64,000 nt of DNA from Paracoccaceae bacterium (GCA_963422275.1 OY729418.1:839750-903749), one strand, 5' to 3'; positions 39,737 through 50,326 are shown, numbered from the stretch's first letter. Made by a program: numbers and translations. Notes: generated from the letters alone by a model not told the origin.

Positions 39737-40329
39737 CAGTGCAGGTTATCGGCCACATTCGCAGCCGCGCGTTTCGGGTTGTCTGGATGCTCGAGGAACT
39801 TGGCAAGGCGTACGAGCATGTGTCGGCCAGACCTCATTCCAAGGAGGTTCTTGCCTGCAACCCGTCCGGGAAGATCCCGGTTCTTCAAGACCGCGGCATC
39901 ACCATTGCCGACAGCACCGCGATACTCGGCTATCTTTCCGATTCGCATGGACGCTTCACCCACTCGTGCGGGTCCGAGATACGCGTGCGCCAAGATTCCT
40001 GGACATACCTGCTGCTCGACGAATTCGACGCATGCATGTGGGCTGCCGCCAAGCACAGCTTCGTCCTGCCCGATGAATGGAGGGTTCCGGACCTGAAACC
40101 TACCTTGAAATGGGAATTCCAGTGCGCTGCGTCATCGCTGGCAAAGCGGCTCGGCGCAGGCCCGTACCTCACGGGAGACGAGTTCACGGTGCCGGACATC
40201 ATCCTCACGCACTGCTGCGATTGGGCGGAACTGGCAAAGTTCGAGGTTTCGGAGCCAAAGATTCTTGCCTACCTCGACCGCACGCGCTCGCGCCCCGCCT
40301 ATCGGCGGGCCGCTGCAAAGAGGCAATAG
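39733..40329 (+). CDS. glutathione S-transferase
   Basis: The start MTVQVIGHIRSRAFRVVWMLEELG overlaps the holA stop (ATGA). It has a thioredoxin-fold N-domain (KIPVLQD..ITIADSTAILGYL). Confidence 0.8.
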   Translation: MTVQVIGHIRSRAFRVVWMLEELGKAYEHVSARPHSKEVLACNPSGKIPVLQDRGITIADSTAILGYLSDSHGRFTHSCGSEIRVRQDSWTYLLLDEFDACMWAAAKHSFVLPDEWRVPDLKPTLKWEFQCAASSLAKRLGAGPYLTGDEFTVPDIILTHCCDWAELAKFEVSEPKILAYLDRTRSRPAYRRAAAKRQ

Positions 40330-40367
40330 GTCTCGATCCCTCGATAAAAGCCGCTGCATTCCCACGA

Positions 40368-41090
40368 TTCAACCGTTGCGCAAATTGACGAGTCCGTTCA
40401 CTTCGCCAACTTGAACCACCGGAATCAGGTCCCAATCGCCGCTCATGCCCAAGGTTGCAGGAATCGAAACGCGCAATGAATCAGCATCCTGCCGATTTCA
40501 TCACGGACGCAGCAACCTTGAAGCCGTTGCGTCCGGACCGCCAATCGCAGGAGCCCCATTCGGGATCAAAGCGAAGCGAAAGCATGCCAAGACGTTGCAC
40601 CAATTCTCTTCGGTTTGCATTTGTCCCGTACCTTTTGCTCACGCGACCTGCCGGTTCTTCGCTACAGCATCAAACAAAGCGAGGCTTTCTGCATTGCCGG
40701 AACACTTTCCGGAAGGCTCAATTCGTGAATTGCAGGCAGCGCCTGGCCATGGCCGGTGCACGGTGACAGCCGTCGAGGTGCTTGTGGCGATGCCCGGAAG
40801 CCTCGCAGGAAGGCTTTGATCGGGCTGTGGCAGCCGTTCGAAGAGCATCAGTGCGGCTTGCGCTTCAGCATCCGCTATCCCTTCCGGTTCACGCGATTCG
40901 ACAGTAGAGAGGCTGGCAAAACTCCTGCGGACCAACGGTCCAAGCTGGAGAAATCACAATGCCTGCAAGACCGGTGCCGTTCAAAGCTGACGGGAATGGG
41001 CCTCCGCTCGGCGGGCAAGACTGAACTCTCCTGGTGCCCAACCGAGTGGTCCGAATCCATCAAGGTTCAAAGCGAGATATGCGAGAATTG
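40368..41090 (-). pseudogene. possible decayed gene read across three frames; family not recognised
   Basis: Protein-like stretches on the minus strand (..LNLDGFGPLGWAPGEF.. / ..GLAGIVISPAWTVGPQEF.. / ..EGIADAEAQAALMLFERLP.. / ..SIPATLGMSGDWDLIPVVQVGEVNGLVNLRNG*) are separated by frame changes and stops. Confidence 0.25.
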
Positions 41091-41311
41091 AACTTGCCTG
41101 GCGCCTTTGGACTCGAAATTGCCTGCCTCGTGCCAACTCCGTGCACTTTCGCCTCGAGTGCGCGTGCCTTCCGTTCGCAATGTTTGAATCTAGGCGATCT
41201 GGGATATAAATGACTCAGCAGTTCGAAACTTGATCGTCATTCGCGATTGCGGCCAATGCCAAGATAGAATTGCCGTGCACGGTCAATACATCCTTGCAAA
41301 GAGAAAAGGCC

Positions 41312-42439
41312 ATGAAAAGATACTTGTTGACGGCTGGCATTGCCGGTTTCCTGACAATTTCCGGCAACCCATTGCTCGCAGACATCACGGCCGATGAAGT
41401 AGTGGAGTTTATCGAGACCAAACTGTCCAAGTTTCAACTCTTCGATTTCAATTATGAGAACAAATTCGAAACCGATCAGGGCGTGACGCTGTCTGGAGCA
41501 ACCATAAAAAACGGTTCTCTATTTCCCGTCGAGTTCGAGACCTCTTTCGATATAGCCGTGTTTGAGGAATCCGAGAATGGCGCAGTCTCGATAAGCGTTT
41601 CAAGCCCTATTCGCACTCTCACCAAGGTCCCAGATGCGAATGGAATAACGGACACCGTATCCTCTTTCCATCACGAGGGTTACAATATTCATGTTCAGGA
41701 GGAGAATTCCAAGTTCAGGTTCAGACTTGTTGAGCGCAACGCTAGAGTCACCGCAGGATCGAAAACCATGATGGAATTCTCCGCGGCGGAAACTCAAATT
41801 GATGTTCGCATCACGCCGCCGATTGAGATTTCCTGGCGGGGCGACCAGTACGAAACGAAATTGGGCAGTGACCGCATGACGGATGGAGTCTCGATCGGCG
41901 TCATGCGGTCAAATGGGGATATCGAGATCCAAGAGTCACCGGAAGGAGTGATTTCCGGAAAAATTCTTTTCGAAGCTGACTCCATTGAGATCGGTGAGGA
42001 TCTGCTGGCACGGATAGCTCCTGATTTAAATGGACTGTTTCGTGATCCCTCATCGTTCATCGCTGACTTTTCGATGGTTGCGAAGCGGGTGAACGAAGAC
42101 GAATTTTCCACAGCCTCGATCAAATTTCACGAGGTGCGCGCGAACGCCGCCGGAGTCCGGTTGCTCCTGACTGGAGACCTTGCTGTTTCCGACTTTGAAT
42201 CGATGCCGGAAAGGCTGCGCACATTGGGCCAGGTGACAATGGTTGTCGACGGCGGTGCAGAGCTTTTGACGAGGCTGAAGCAAATCCCTGGCAAAAACGC
42301 GCTGCTGCTTGCCGCAGGACTGAAATTCATTTTTGGACATGGAGCGCCTGGTCCTGGGGGAGAAGACAGCAAGCTATTCAATATCGAGTTCACAAGCGAT
42401 GGAAAAATCTGGGTCAATGACATTGATCTGGGCCAATAG
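41312..42439 (+). CDS. hypothetical secreted protein (possibly DUF2125-like)
   Basis: I moved the start to MKRYLLTAGIAGFLTISGNPLLA (signal peptide). It is a 375-aa beta-rich sequence with no catalytic motif recognised. Confidence 0.65.
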   Translation: MKRYLLTAGIAGFLTISGNPLLADITADEVVEFIETKLSKFQLFDFNYENKFETDQGVTLSGATIKNGSLFPVEFETSFDIAVFEESENGAVSISVSSPIRTLTKVPDANGITDTVSSFHHEGYNIHVQEENSKFRFRLVERNARVTAGSKTMMEFSAAETQIDVRITPPIEISWRGDQYETKLGSDRMTDGVSIGVMRSNGDIEIQESPEGVISGKILFEADSIEIGEDLLARIAPDLNGLFRDPSSFIADFSMVAKRVNEDEFSTASIKFHEVRANAAGVRLLLTGDLAVSDFESMPERLRTLGQVTMVVDGGAELLTRLKQIPGKNALLLAAGLKFIFGHGAPGPGGEDSKLFNIEFTSDGKIWVNDIDLGQ

Positions 42440-42559
42440 GAAGGCTTGGGAGCGCTTCGGTCGAGCAGCCCAACTGCAGTGGCAAACTGCCAAGAACTCG
42501 CTCAAGCTGAGGCGACTTGAGTGCGCAATTTGGAATTTAGACGAAAAGATGAGGTTGTG

Positions 42560-43900
42560 ATGGTGAATCTTGCTGACTTGGCAGAACAGTTGCTCGATGA
42601 AGCCAACCGAGCCGGGGCAGATGCAGCGGATTCCATCGCGGTCAAGGACCATTCCCTGCAAGTGGACGTGCTCAACGGTGCCCTAGAGCAGGGCGAGCGG
42701 TCAGAAGGGGCCGACGCGGGACTTCGCGTGTTTGTCGGAAACCGGCAGGCGTGCGTGTCTGGAACGGACATGCGAAAAAGCGCCCTCGCCGAGATGGCCA
42801 TGCGCGCCGTCGCGATGGCCAAGGAAGCACCGGAAGATCGCTACGCCGGCCTTGCCGACGCGGACCAGCTTGCCGTGCAAATCAGTCTTGCCCCTCTCGA
42901 AATGCAGGACCCGACGAGTGCGCCTTCTCCCACAGAATGCGAAAGAATGGCCTTGGAGACCGAGACCGCCGCACTGGCGGTCCAGGGCGTTTCAAAAGTC
43001 GACACCGCCGCAGCCGGCTGCGGCGAGTACGCGGTGCATCTTGCCGCCACAAACGGATTCTCGAACGGATACAGGCGAACCTACAGGTTCATCGCCTGTT
43101 CGGCGATTGCCGGAGACAGCCTGAAAATGGAAAGCGACTACCGAAGCGAGATGCGGGTCTTCGCATCGGACCTGCCTTCCCCCTCCGAAATCGGAACCAC
43201 CGCCGGCGAGCGCGCCGTTTCCAGAGTCAGGCCTTCGAGACCTCGCACAGGAGCTTTTCCCGTCATTTTCGATGAACGGGTCGCGGCAAGTCTCGTCGGG
43301 CATCTGCTCTCCGCTGCAAACGGCACGGCTGTCGCGAGGGGATCCAGCTGGCTCGAATCGCTTGGATCAAAGGTGCTTCCCGAATGCATCGATCTCGTGG
43401 AGGAGCCACAGCGGCCTAGATCCATGGTGTCGCGTCCCTTCGACGCGGAAGGCCTGCCTTCCGTGAAGAGGAGCATTGTCAGCCAAGGAAACCTGAAGAC
43501 CTGGATTCTCGACTTGGCAACGGCCAGAAAGCTGGAAATGGAAAGCACGGGGAATGCCTCTCGCAGCACGTCCGCGCCGCCCAGTCCTTCCGTCAGCAAC
43601 GTCTCATTGACTCAAGGCGACAGGAGCAAGATCGACTTGATGCGCGAAATGGGTACCGGTTTGCTGGTTGATTCGCTGATCGGCCTGACGATCAATCCCA
43701 CAACCGGCGACTACTCGCGCGGTGCATCGGGATTCTGGGTGGAAGGGGGAGAAATCGTCGGGCCGGTTTCGGAACTCACGATCGCAGGCAACCTGAAGCA
43801 GATCCTGAAGTCGATTGTTCCAGCCAATGACGCCAGACCGTTCGCGAATTTTCGAGTGCCAAGTTTGCTTGCAGAGGGATTGGTAATCGCTGGTGAATAG
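42560..43900 (+). CDS. pmbA: PmbA/TldE metalloprotease component
   Basis: About 446 aa from MVNLADLAEQLLDEA. The C-terminal ..INPTTGDYSRGASGFWVEGGEIV.PV.E.TIAGNL.. is typical of TldD/PmbA proteins. Confidence 0.85.
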   Translation: MVNLADLAEQLLDEANRAGADAADSIAVKDHSLQVDVLNGALEQGERSEGADAGLRVFVGNRQACVSGTDMRKSALAEMAMRAVAMAKEAPEDRYAGLADADQLAVQISLAPLEMQDPTSAPSPTECERMALETETAALAVQGVSKVDTAAAGCGEYAVHLAATNGFSNGYRRTYRFIACSAIAGDSLKMESDYRSEMRVFASDLPSPSEIGTTAGERAVSRVRPSRPRTGAFPVIFDERVAASLVGHLLSAANGTAVARGSSWLESLGSKVLPECIDLVEEPQRPRSMVSRPFDAEGLPSVKRSIVSQGNLKTWILDLATARKLEMESTGNASRSTSAPPSPSVSNVSLTQGDRSKIDLMREMGTGLLVDSLIGLTINPTTGDYSRGASGFWVEGGEIVGPVSELTIAGNLKQILKSIVPANDARPFANFRVPSLLAEGLVIAGE

Positions 43901-44092
43901 GGCCAACCTGCCAGAATCGCCCAAAGTGAGCAAAACAGCGACCCGCTCGGATCCTTGACAGTCCACCGAAGCGCCGGCTTTCTGGCGCACTCGCACAAGT
44001 TTGCGGCGCCGAAGTTTCGGTGACGTGCAAAATCTCCCGTCTGGCCAGCAAACTCTGGCTAAAGCCAGTTGCATCCAACAGTGCCAGCGGGC

Positions 44093-45763
44093 CTATTTCT
44101 GCTCGGTCTCGGCACTCTCGTTCGAGATCGCCTTCACGCCAGCGGATCCCTTCGCATCCTTCATCCCGCTGCCCATGGAAAGGCCAAGCTCCTCGCCGAG
44201 CGTCTTCAATGCCGGTAGCTGAACGGCCATTCCGAGAATCGAGTCCAGCGCCTGGTTCACGGGCGTCTTGGTGTTTTCGTCTCCGCCCGTGGCGCTCCCG
44301 AGGCCGGATACGTTGTGAATCCTGATCGAGTCGATGCGTTCCGCTGGCTTGACCATCTCGGCGAGCGCCTTTGGCAAGACTTCGATCCGCGCGATCTCCT
44401 CCTTCATCTCGATCAGGCGTGCATCAAGCGCGTTTTCAGCCTCATGCAACGCCCTGCTACCCTCAGCCTCCGCAAGCAAGGCTTCCCGTTTCGCGGCTGC
44501 CCTCTCCCGTTCGGAATCCGCCTCGGCTTTTGCAGCATGCAGGCGCGCCTCCGCATGGTAGACGGACGCATCCTTCTCGGCCTTGGCCAAGGTCAGCAGG
44601 CGGGTGCCGTCAGCTTCAGCCTTTTGTTCGGCATCGAGCAACGCCAGCATCTTGTTGCGCTCCGCCTCGGCCTGCCGGTGCGCTGTCACTATTGACGCTT
44701 CAGCCCTCGCCGCTTCCGCGCGGGCAAGGTCTGCGGCGGCCTTTGCCGCGCTTTCCGTCTCGGCCTTCTTGGCGATGGCGATGTGACGTTCCTGCTGCTG
44801 AACCTGAAGGTCGCGCTCCTTGGCGATCTCCGCGGCCTGGATTTCCAGATCGCGCATGATTTCGACCGCTCTCACTGCTTGGTTGCAGGCAACCTCAGCC
44901 TCCCTTATCGATTGATCCTTTGCAATTCGCGCGGCCTCGGACTCCTCCTCCGCCGTCGCCCGTCGTCGCGCGATCTCTGCGGACTGGGCAGCGCGCAATG
45001 TCTCAATTTCCTGCTGCTGGCTTATTCTTGCCTGCTCCTCGTCCTGCTCGATCTCCAGCTTGCGGCGCGTGGCCTCCATTGAGGACAAGCGTACCGACAC
45101 CTCCGCGTCGGCGTCGATCGCCGCCCGCTCTTTCTTGGATTTTGCGATCACCTCCGCCAGCTTTCTCATTCCGACCGCATTGAACGCGTTGTTCTCGTCC
45201 AGCGTGGCAAACGGCGTTTGATCGAGTGATGTCAGGGACACGGACTGCACCCGGATCCCGTTTTCGGCGAGGTCGGCGGTGATCAGGCCGCGAACTGACC
45301 TGACAAATTCGGCGCGCCCTTCATGAACCTCGTCCATCGTCATTTGCGCGGCGATTGCCCGCAGCGCGTCCACAAGCTTGCCTTCGATGATTTCGCGCAG
45401 CTTGTCGGCGTTGAAGGTTCGGTCTCCCAAGGTCTGGGCTGCCTTGGACACCGCATCGGAATTGGCCTCCACCGCAACGGAAAAACTGGCCCCAATGTCC
45501 ATCCGGAGACGGTCCTTCGTGATCAGGCTTTCCTCCCCGGAGCGTTTCACCTCGAGCCGAAGCGTGCGCATGTTGATCTCGGTCACGTCATGAAAATACG
45601 GCAACGCGACCGCGCCGCCTGCCATGATAACCTTTTGCCCGCCGACGCCTGTCCTGATCAGGCTTACTTCCCGTGTCGCCTTTCGATAGAGCCTCGCCAG
45701 CACGACGATCACGGCAATGGCCACAACGACGGCGCTTGTTGCTGCCGCCCAGAATCCAGACAT
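44093..45763 (-). CDS. flotillin-like SPFH/band-7 protein (YqiK-type)
   Basis: 556-aa ORF with an N-terminal TM helix, an SPFH domain and a long Ala/Glu-rich coiled-coil (..AEAERNKMLALLDAEQKAEADG..). Confidence 0.85.
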   Translation of the reverse strand: MSGFWAAATSAVVVAIAVIVVLARLYRKATREVSLIRTGVGGQKVIMAGGAVALPYFHDVTEINMRTLRLEVKRSGEESLITKDRLRMDIGASFSVAVEANSDAVSKAAQTLGDRTFNADKLREIIEGKLVDALRAIAAQMTMDEVHEGRAEFVRSVRGLITADLAENGIRVQSVSLTSLDQTPFATLDENNAFNAVGMRKLAEVIAKSKKERAAIDADAEVSVRLSSMEATRRKLEIEQDEEQARISQQQEIETLRAAQSAEIARRRATAEEESEAARIAKDQSIREAEVACNQAVRAVEIMRDLEIQAAEIAKERDLQVQQQERHIAIAKKAETESAAKAAADLARAEAARAEASIVTAHRQAEAERNKMLALLDAEQKAEADGTRLLTLAKAEKDASVYHAEARLHAAKAEADSERERAAAKREALLAEAEGSRALHEAENALDARLIEMKEEIARIEVLPKALAEMVKPAERIDSIRIHNVSGLGSATGGDENTKTPVNQALDSILGMAVQLPALKTLGEELGLSMGSGMKDAKGSAGVKAISNESAETEQK

Positions 45764-45957
45764 TGACTATCTCCCCAAAATCAGCTTCGCGCGCGGGATT
45801 AAATCAATCTGTCGACTGATCTCCAACCGGTCGCAACGGTCAAATTCCAAAACGCTCGGACACGCCGGGCGAAATCAACACGGGAAACCCGGGGCAGCGA
45901 CAGCACAATCCTCCGGTCCCCTGTCCTCGGACCGACAGGAAATGTCCTGCGATGCGT

Positions 45958-47877
45958 TCATTGCTTTCTCGCCAACACGAAGTCATACTCCACGCAATGG
46001 CACGGTGAAGGAGCCATCTTTCCGTCAGGAAAGCGCAGATTGGATCTCTTTTGGAACGGCATGATCAGGCTCTGCTTCACGCCAAATACGGGATCGCTAT
46101 CGAGAAATTCGTCGCCCTCAATGAAAAGCATCGTGGTCAGCCGATTGAACCCCGGAGCCTCAATCCGGACATGCACATGCCCGGGCCTCATCGGCGACCG
46201 GCTTGCAGATTTCAACAACAGGCCAACTGTTCCGTCATCCGGAATCGGGTAACTTGTCGGCATGATCGAGGTAAACCAAAAGCGCCCATGATCGTCGCTT
46301 CGGAACAGGCCGCGAAGCGCCTGGCCTTCCCGGCCAGGCATCATGATGTCATACGAACCGTCGTCGTCGGAATGCCAGATGTCGACCTTGGCCCCGTGGA
46401 CCGGATTGCCTTCCGTATCCAGCACCCTTGCGTTGAAGTACAGGGGATCACCCTTGATTCCACTGGAAATGTCCGCGCCGTTCTCGAAACTCGCACGTTC
46501 CTCCACATAAAACGGTCCCAAAACCGAGTTTTCCGTGGCGCCGTCCGGAAATCGGTTGTTGATCAGGTCGACCCGGGCTGTGGCCCCCATCACGTCCGAA
46601 AAGAGCATGAATTCCTGTCGACCATCCTTGCAAAGATGGCCGGTTTTGGTCAAGAAATCGATCCCCCACTCCCACTCCTCCTCGGTTGGTTCGATCTCCT
46701 CAAGAAAAGCGTGCAAGTGGCGGGCAAACGCGTTCATTACCTTTTTCGCTCTCGGCGCAGGGGCGTTCTTCATCGTTGCGAGAACGGCGTTGGTGAGATT
46801 CTCCTCTCTGATGTCGCGCCCGTGGCCATCATGCGCTCGGACCGGCGCGGGCGAAGGCTCATCCGCAGACTTTTCGGCATAAAACTCCATTACGAACTCC
46901 GATGGCGGGTTCCCCGGCCAATGTATCACGGCCTCGCGAAACGCTTCGCGGCTGAACAGGCGGCTGGCGTAGCCCGCGACATTAAGACGTTCCATTTTGT
47001 TGAGCGGGTGACCGCCTGCCCACGCGAACTCCATTCCGAGCCATTTCAGCCGGAACAAGCTTACGGACCAATGGATGTCCGCAAGCGTGAAAGTGTCGGC
47101 GCAAATCCATTCCCGGCCATCGGCAAGGCGATTGTCCAGATCTGCCACGGCCGCGAGTATCTCGTTCGTCGCGTCGATCATCATGGATGGCGTGCGAACG
47201 TAGCTTCGTGCGGCGGCCTCCTTCCGTATCTTGGCGTCGTATGCAGCAATGAGGTCGGAACGGCCCACTGCCAAGGATCGCCCTTCCATCAGTTTCATTA
47301 TCTTGTAGTCATGCACTCTGGGCATGCTTTCCTGCAGCTTCTTCGGGCGAAAATCCCCCTCTGGATGCGCCCCGTACAGCACCGCAACGTGAGGCGTGCC
47401 ATCCACTATCGCCACTTCCCGGTCTATTTCCCCTCTGAGGCGGCTTGGCGCCAGATCGGGTCCGCCGCCGCAAACGCGGTTGATGTGCTCGCAGATGGCA
47501 CGGCTGTCGACAAGCACCTGCCCGATTTCATGGTCAACCAAGGTCGGGACCACGCAAGGATCGAAGCCTTCTGTCGAAATCGAGGAGCGACCCGTGTACC
47601 CATTGACCATTTCTCGGCCAGTCCCGCCCCGCATCCGAAGGCGAACATAATCGGGATGATAATTCTCCATGCTTGGCGGCAGAATCCCGATGTCATGACT
47701 GATATACGCAGCTCGTTTCTCGGCCAGCGAGGTTCGCACCTTGTGCGAGCAGATTGACAAGGCGAAGTGGTAGAGTTCAAGGCGGCGCGGGCCCGTTCCG
47801 ATCAGGCGATTTCGCGCCGGGTCCGCAAGCGGCACGTTTGCAGCGGCAACAATTCCCTCCAAAGACTGGTCCAGCAT
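45958..47877 (-). CDS. fusion protein: N-terminal GST-fold (PcpC/zeta-like reductive dehalogenase-type) domain plus C-terminal intradiol ring-cleavage dioxygenase (hydroxyquinol/catechol 1,2-dioxygenase-type)
   Basis: 639-aa ORF with an AAGGAGGAA ribosome-binding site. The N-terminal part has LYHFALSICSHKVR, NYHPDYVRL, VPTLV and ADIHWSV. The C-terminal part has DIWHSDDDGSYD and MRPGHVHVRI (Fe-ligand region). The plus-strand 568-aa ORF is antisense. Confidence 0.8.
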   Translation of the reverse strand: MLDQSLEGIVAAANVPLADPARNRLIGTGPRRLELYHFALSICSHKVRTSLAEKRAAYISHDIGILPPSMENYHPDYVRLRMRGGTGREMVNGYTGRSSISTEGFDPCVVPTLVDHEIGQVLVDSRAICEHINRVCGGGPDLAPSRLRGEIDREVAIVDGTPHVAVLYGAHPEGDFRPKKLQESMPRVHDYKIMKLMEGRSLAVGRSDLIAAYDAKIRKEAAARSYVRTPSMMIDATNEILAAVADLDNRLADGREWICADTFTLADIHWSVSLFRLKWLGMEFAWAGGHPLNKMERLNVAGYASRLFSREAFREAVIHWPGNPPSEFVMEFYAEKSADEPSPAPVRAHDGHGRDIREENLTNAVLATMKNAPAPRAKKVMNAFARHLHAFLEEIEPTEEEWEWGIDFLTKTGHLCKDGRQEFMLFSDVMGATARVDLINNRFPDGATENSVLGPFYVEERASFENGADISSGIKGDPLYFNARVLDTEGNPVHGAKVDIWHSDDDGSYDIMMPGREGQALRGLFRSDDHGRFWFTSIMPTSYPIPDDGTVGLLLKSASRSPMRPGHVHVRIEAPGFNRLTTMLFIEGDEFLDSDPVFGVKQSLIMPFQKRSNLRFPDGKMAPSPCHCVEYDFVLARKQ

Positions 47878-48677
47878 TCCATTCCTCCTTGAATTACGCC
47901 GCAGCTCTGTTGATTAAAGTGCACGCGCCATTCACATGGGATGACAGGATATGCCCAAATCATGGCCCTTTCAAGTTTGACTGGCACCTTCATGATCGAT
48001 CGTTACAATACGCAACTCTCCGCGATGCCAAGGTGCCGTCTCCAAGTCGTCCGCCCGGCCAGTTTCCCGAGATTGCGCCGCTACCGAACATCGTCGACGA
48101 GACGATCAAGGGCACAAAGGAATCCTGGTCCGGGAACATTGAGAACATTGCAACTTGCTCCAGCTACGCTGTCATGTCGAAACGAATTCGGTGACAGCGG
48201 CCTGAATGGCAATGGCATTCACTTGACAATTTGGCGTCGATTCCTTCAGGAGCCACGCTTTTCCCTATGGGAAGTCCTGCCTTCCAGTTGTGAATCCAGC
48301 AGCACCGTGCTTTCGTCCGCACCCCTCTTGCTATATTCCCTGACCAGCTATGCGACCGTCTCGGGCAAAGCTCACGTCCGCCCGCTCCACAATCCAAGAT
48401 ATCGTCGCGCCAGTATCGAGCAACTGCTCTTGAAATCGGTCTGCAGTTTCTCGTCTCCGGCCGTCCGCAGCGCTTCCGGCGCTTGCCTTGAGATATTGCA
48501 CAACGCCGCGTTGCTCCGTCTCGCGTGATGCAGGTCGAACAGCTTTGCCAATTGGAAGCCGGACCCACCAATTGCTGAATGCCATTGGCCTGCAAGGGTG
48601 CCCGGCAGCACTGGCAGAGAATCGAGTGAACGGCGCAACAAAGAAGGTTGCGAAACGAACATCGATCATGGACAGAC

Positions 48678-49057
48678 GCACTGTCAGGCCTTGGAGTTTG
48701 TCTGACGTTCAGTTGGGAAAGCGCCGGATAGATTTCTTCATGGCGATGGTTGCCAGGCGCGTGGCCCCAAAAAATGCGCTTCGCAAGGTGAATGCCTGGT
48801 GTACTGGCCACGGCGGGCGTGAGTCATGGGTGCCGCGGCACCGAGACGGAACTGAACCTCAAGGTGGTGATTCTGACTCGCTCAAGGCCGCCGAAGCGGA
48901 TTGACCAAGCTCCAGCCTGAGCGCTGGAGTCTGTCCCGTGCGGGCAGAGCCTGCGTGCCTGAAACTGCGAACGCCCGCGCCAAACCATTTCCGGCGGAGC
49001 CAGAACTGGTTCCGAAAACCGCAAAAGCGCGCATCAGGCGGCTCTCGCAACGGTCTT
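48678..49057 (+). mobile_element. MITE-like internal-deletion derivative of the IS5-family 'type B' element
   Basis: The 5' part ..RRIDFFMAMVARRVAPKNALRKVNAW matches MDFFVMAAAERVDRNSALRKV of 21632. The 3' tail ..CTGGAGTCTGTCCC..CTGAAAC..CGCAACGGTCTT matches the tails at 22385 and 56030. Confidence 0.6.
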
Positions 49058-49185
49058 CAGCATTAAATTGTTTCAGCTAATTCGACAGTCACTCGCAAAT
49101 CAAGATCAGATACTGCTCCTTGCGCACCATGTGCGCTTGCACTAGAGTCAGCACCAAGATCCCAGCAGAACTTGTGCCTCGCAGA

Positions 49186-49515
49186 ATGCTAAACATGAGA
49201 GTGCCCCTGATTTTGACTTGCTTGGTTGCTGCCACTGCGAGTCCTGTAACGGCGGATTTGAAATCTTTCGGCGGAAAAGAGTTCGGCATTGTCCCTCGAC
49301 AAGGCATGATCGCGTGCGTTCCAGAAAGATCGGAAACTACCGCCTGCCCAAAGCAGCGATCATCGGAAGGTGACCGCAACGCACTTTCCGCAAAGGGGCG
49401 CTTGCCGCTCCGCGTTTCGGGCGTAGCCAAGATGGGAGTGAGCTATAACGGTGACAATTGGCATACAGTCCGCCAGTTCAACATCAGATTCCATTTTTCC
49501 GGAACGATCGACTGA
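49186..49515 (+). CDS. hypothetical small secreted protein
   Basis: Signal-peptide-like start (MLNMRVPLILTCLVAATASPVTA). There is no clear ribosome-binding site, and it sits between two mobile-element remnants. Confidence 0.3.
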   Translation: MLNMRVPLILTCLVAATASPVTADLKSFGGKEFGIVPRQGMIACVPERSETTACPKQRSSEGDRNALSAKGRLPLRVSGVAKMGVSYNGDNWHTVRQFNIRFHFSGTID

Positions 49516-49653
49516 TGGCTTCGCTTCGTTTACCCGCGGTTGGCGATTTCACTTGCAAAGCCCGTCTGCCGTGAATCGACTGCTGACAGTCCGGGCATCT
49601 CATGCCGTCGTCGGGTAGCCGCCGTGCATTCGAATGGGAATTATATACGGGTT

Positions 49654-50322
49654 CTAACCAAGCAGGTCTAGAAGCTGACTCCGAATCGGCTCGATCTTGA
49701 TCAACTCGGACAGCAGAAACTCCACGTTGTCGGGGCCGTCAGCACGACGCGTTTCGACAATTTCATCGTAGTCGATCTCCAGAAGTTCACAGAACTCGCG
49801 GCCGGTCATTGCCTCTTCGAAGGCGATCTTCCGTTTAAAGCCGTCCCATATCGCTTGCCGGCCACTCTGATTAAAGGCGCAGAAGTGCGCTTGGAACCGA
49901 TACTGGATGTGCGGTGCGGTGCGCTCGATGAACCCGTGCATAGCTTGGTGTTCCGCACTGGCCTTTTTGGTATCGAACACATGACCATCCTTCAGCTCGA
50001 CGATATGGCAGTTCTGCACGCCGCCGCGGCGCTTGAACACCATGAAGTCCGGTTCCGATCCGGCGAAGTCCAAGGTAGCACTATGCTTGATCTGACGTTT
50101 GCGGGCAAGCAACACGCCCTCGGGCATGATCTCCTGTTCGAGAAAAGCGTCTAGGTTTGGGATGTTCGGCACCAAGGCCGCGATCATCTTCTCCAGTTCC
50201 GACCCCGATGAGATCACGGCGGACTGTACCTTGCTGACAAGTTCGCCGAGTGCAGCGTTGCCAAACAGGCGTTCGTAGGAGCCTGATGTGTTCTTGGGTT
50301 TGGCGTCCCGAAGTCGAGCCAT
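49654..50322 (-). CDS. putative type II restriction endonuclease (PD-(D/E)xK)
   Basis: 222-aa ORF, 4 bp downstream of the methyltransferase gene. It has a candidate catalytic motif ..EPDFMVF..(17 aa)..VELKDG.. . Its stop codon abuts the left inverted repeat. Confidence 0.6.
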   Translation of the reverse strand: MARLRDAKPKNTSGSYERLFGNAALGELVSKVQSAVISSGSELEKMIAALVPNIPNLDAFLEQEIMPEGVLLARKRQIKHSATLDFAGSEPDFMVFKRRGGVQNCHIVELKDGHVFDTKKASAEHQAMHGFIERTAPHIQYRFQAHFCAFNQSGRQAIWDGFKRKIAFEEAMTGREFCELLEIDYDEIVETRRADGPDNVEFLLSELIKIEPIRSQLLDLLG

Positions 50323-50326
50323 GAGG

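Noticed and set aside
46051-47757. 568-aa plus-strand ORF
   Set aside because: It is antisense to the GST-dioxygenase fusion gene, which has strong motifs and a good ribosome-binding site. Its composition is that of a shadow frame.
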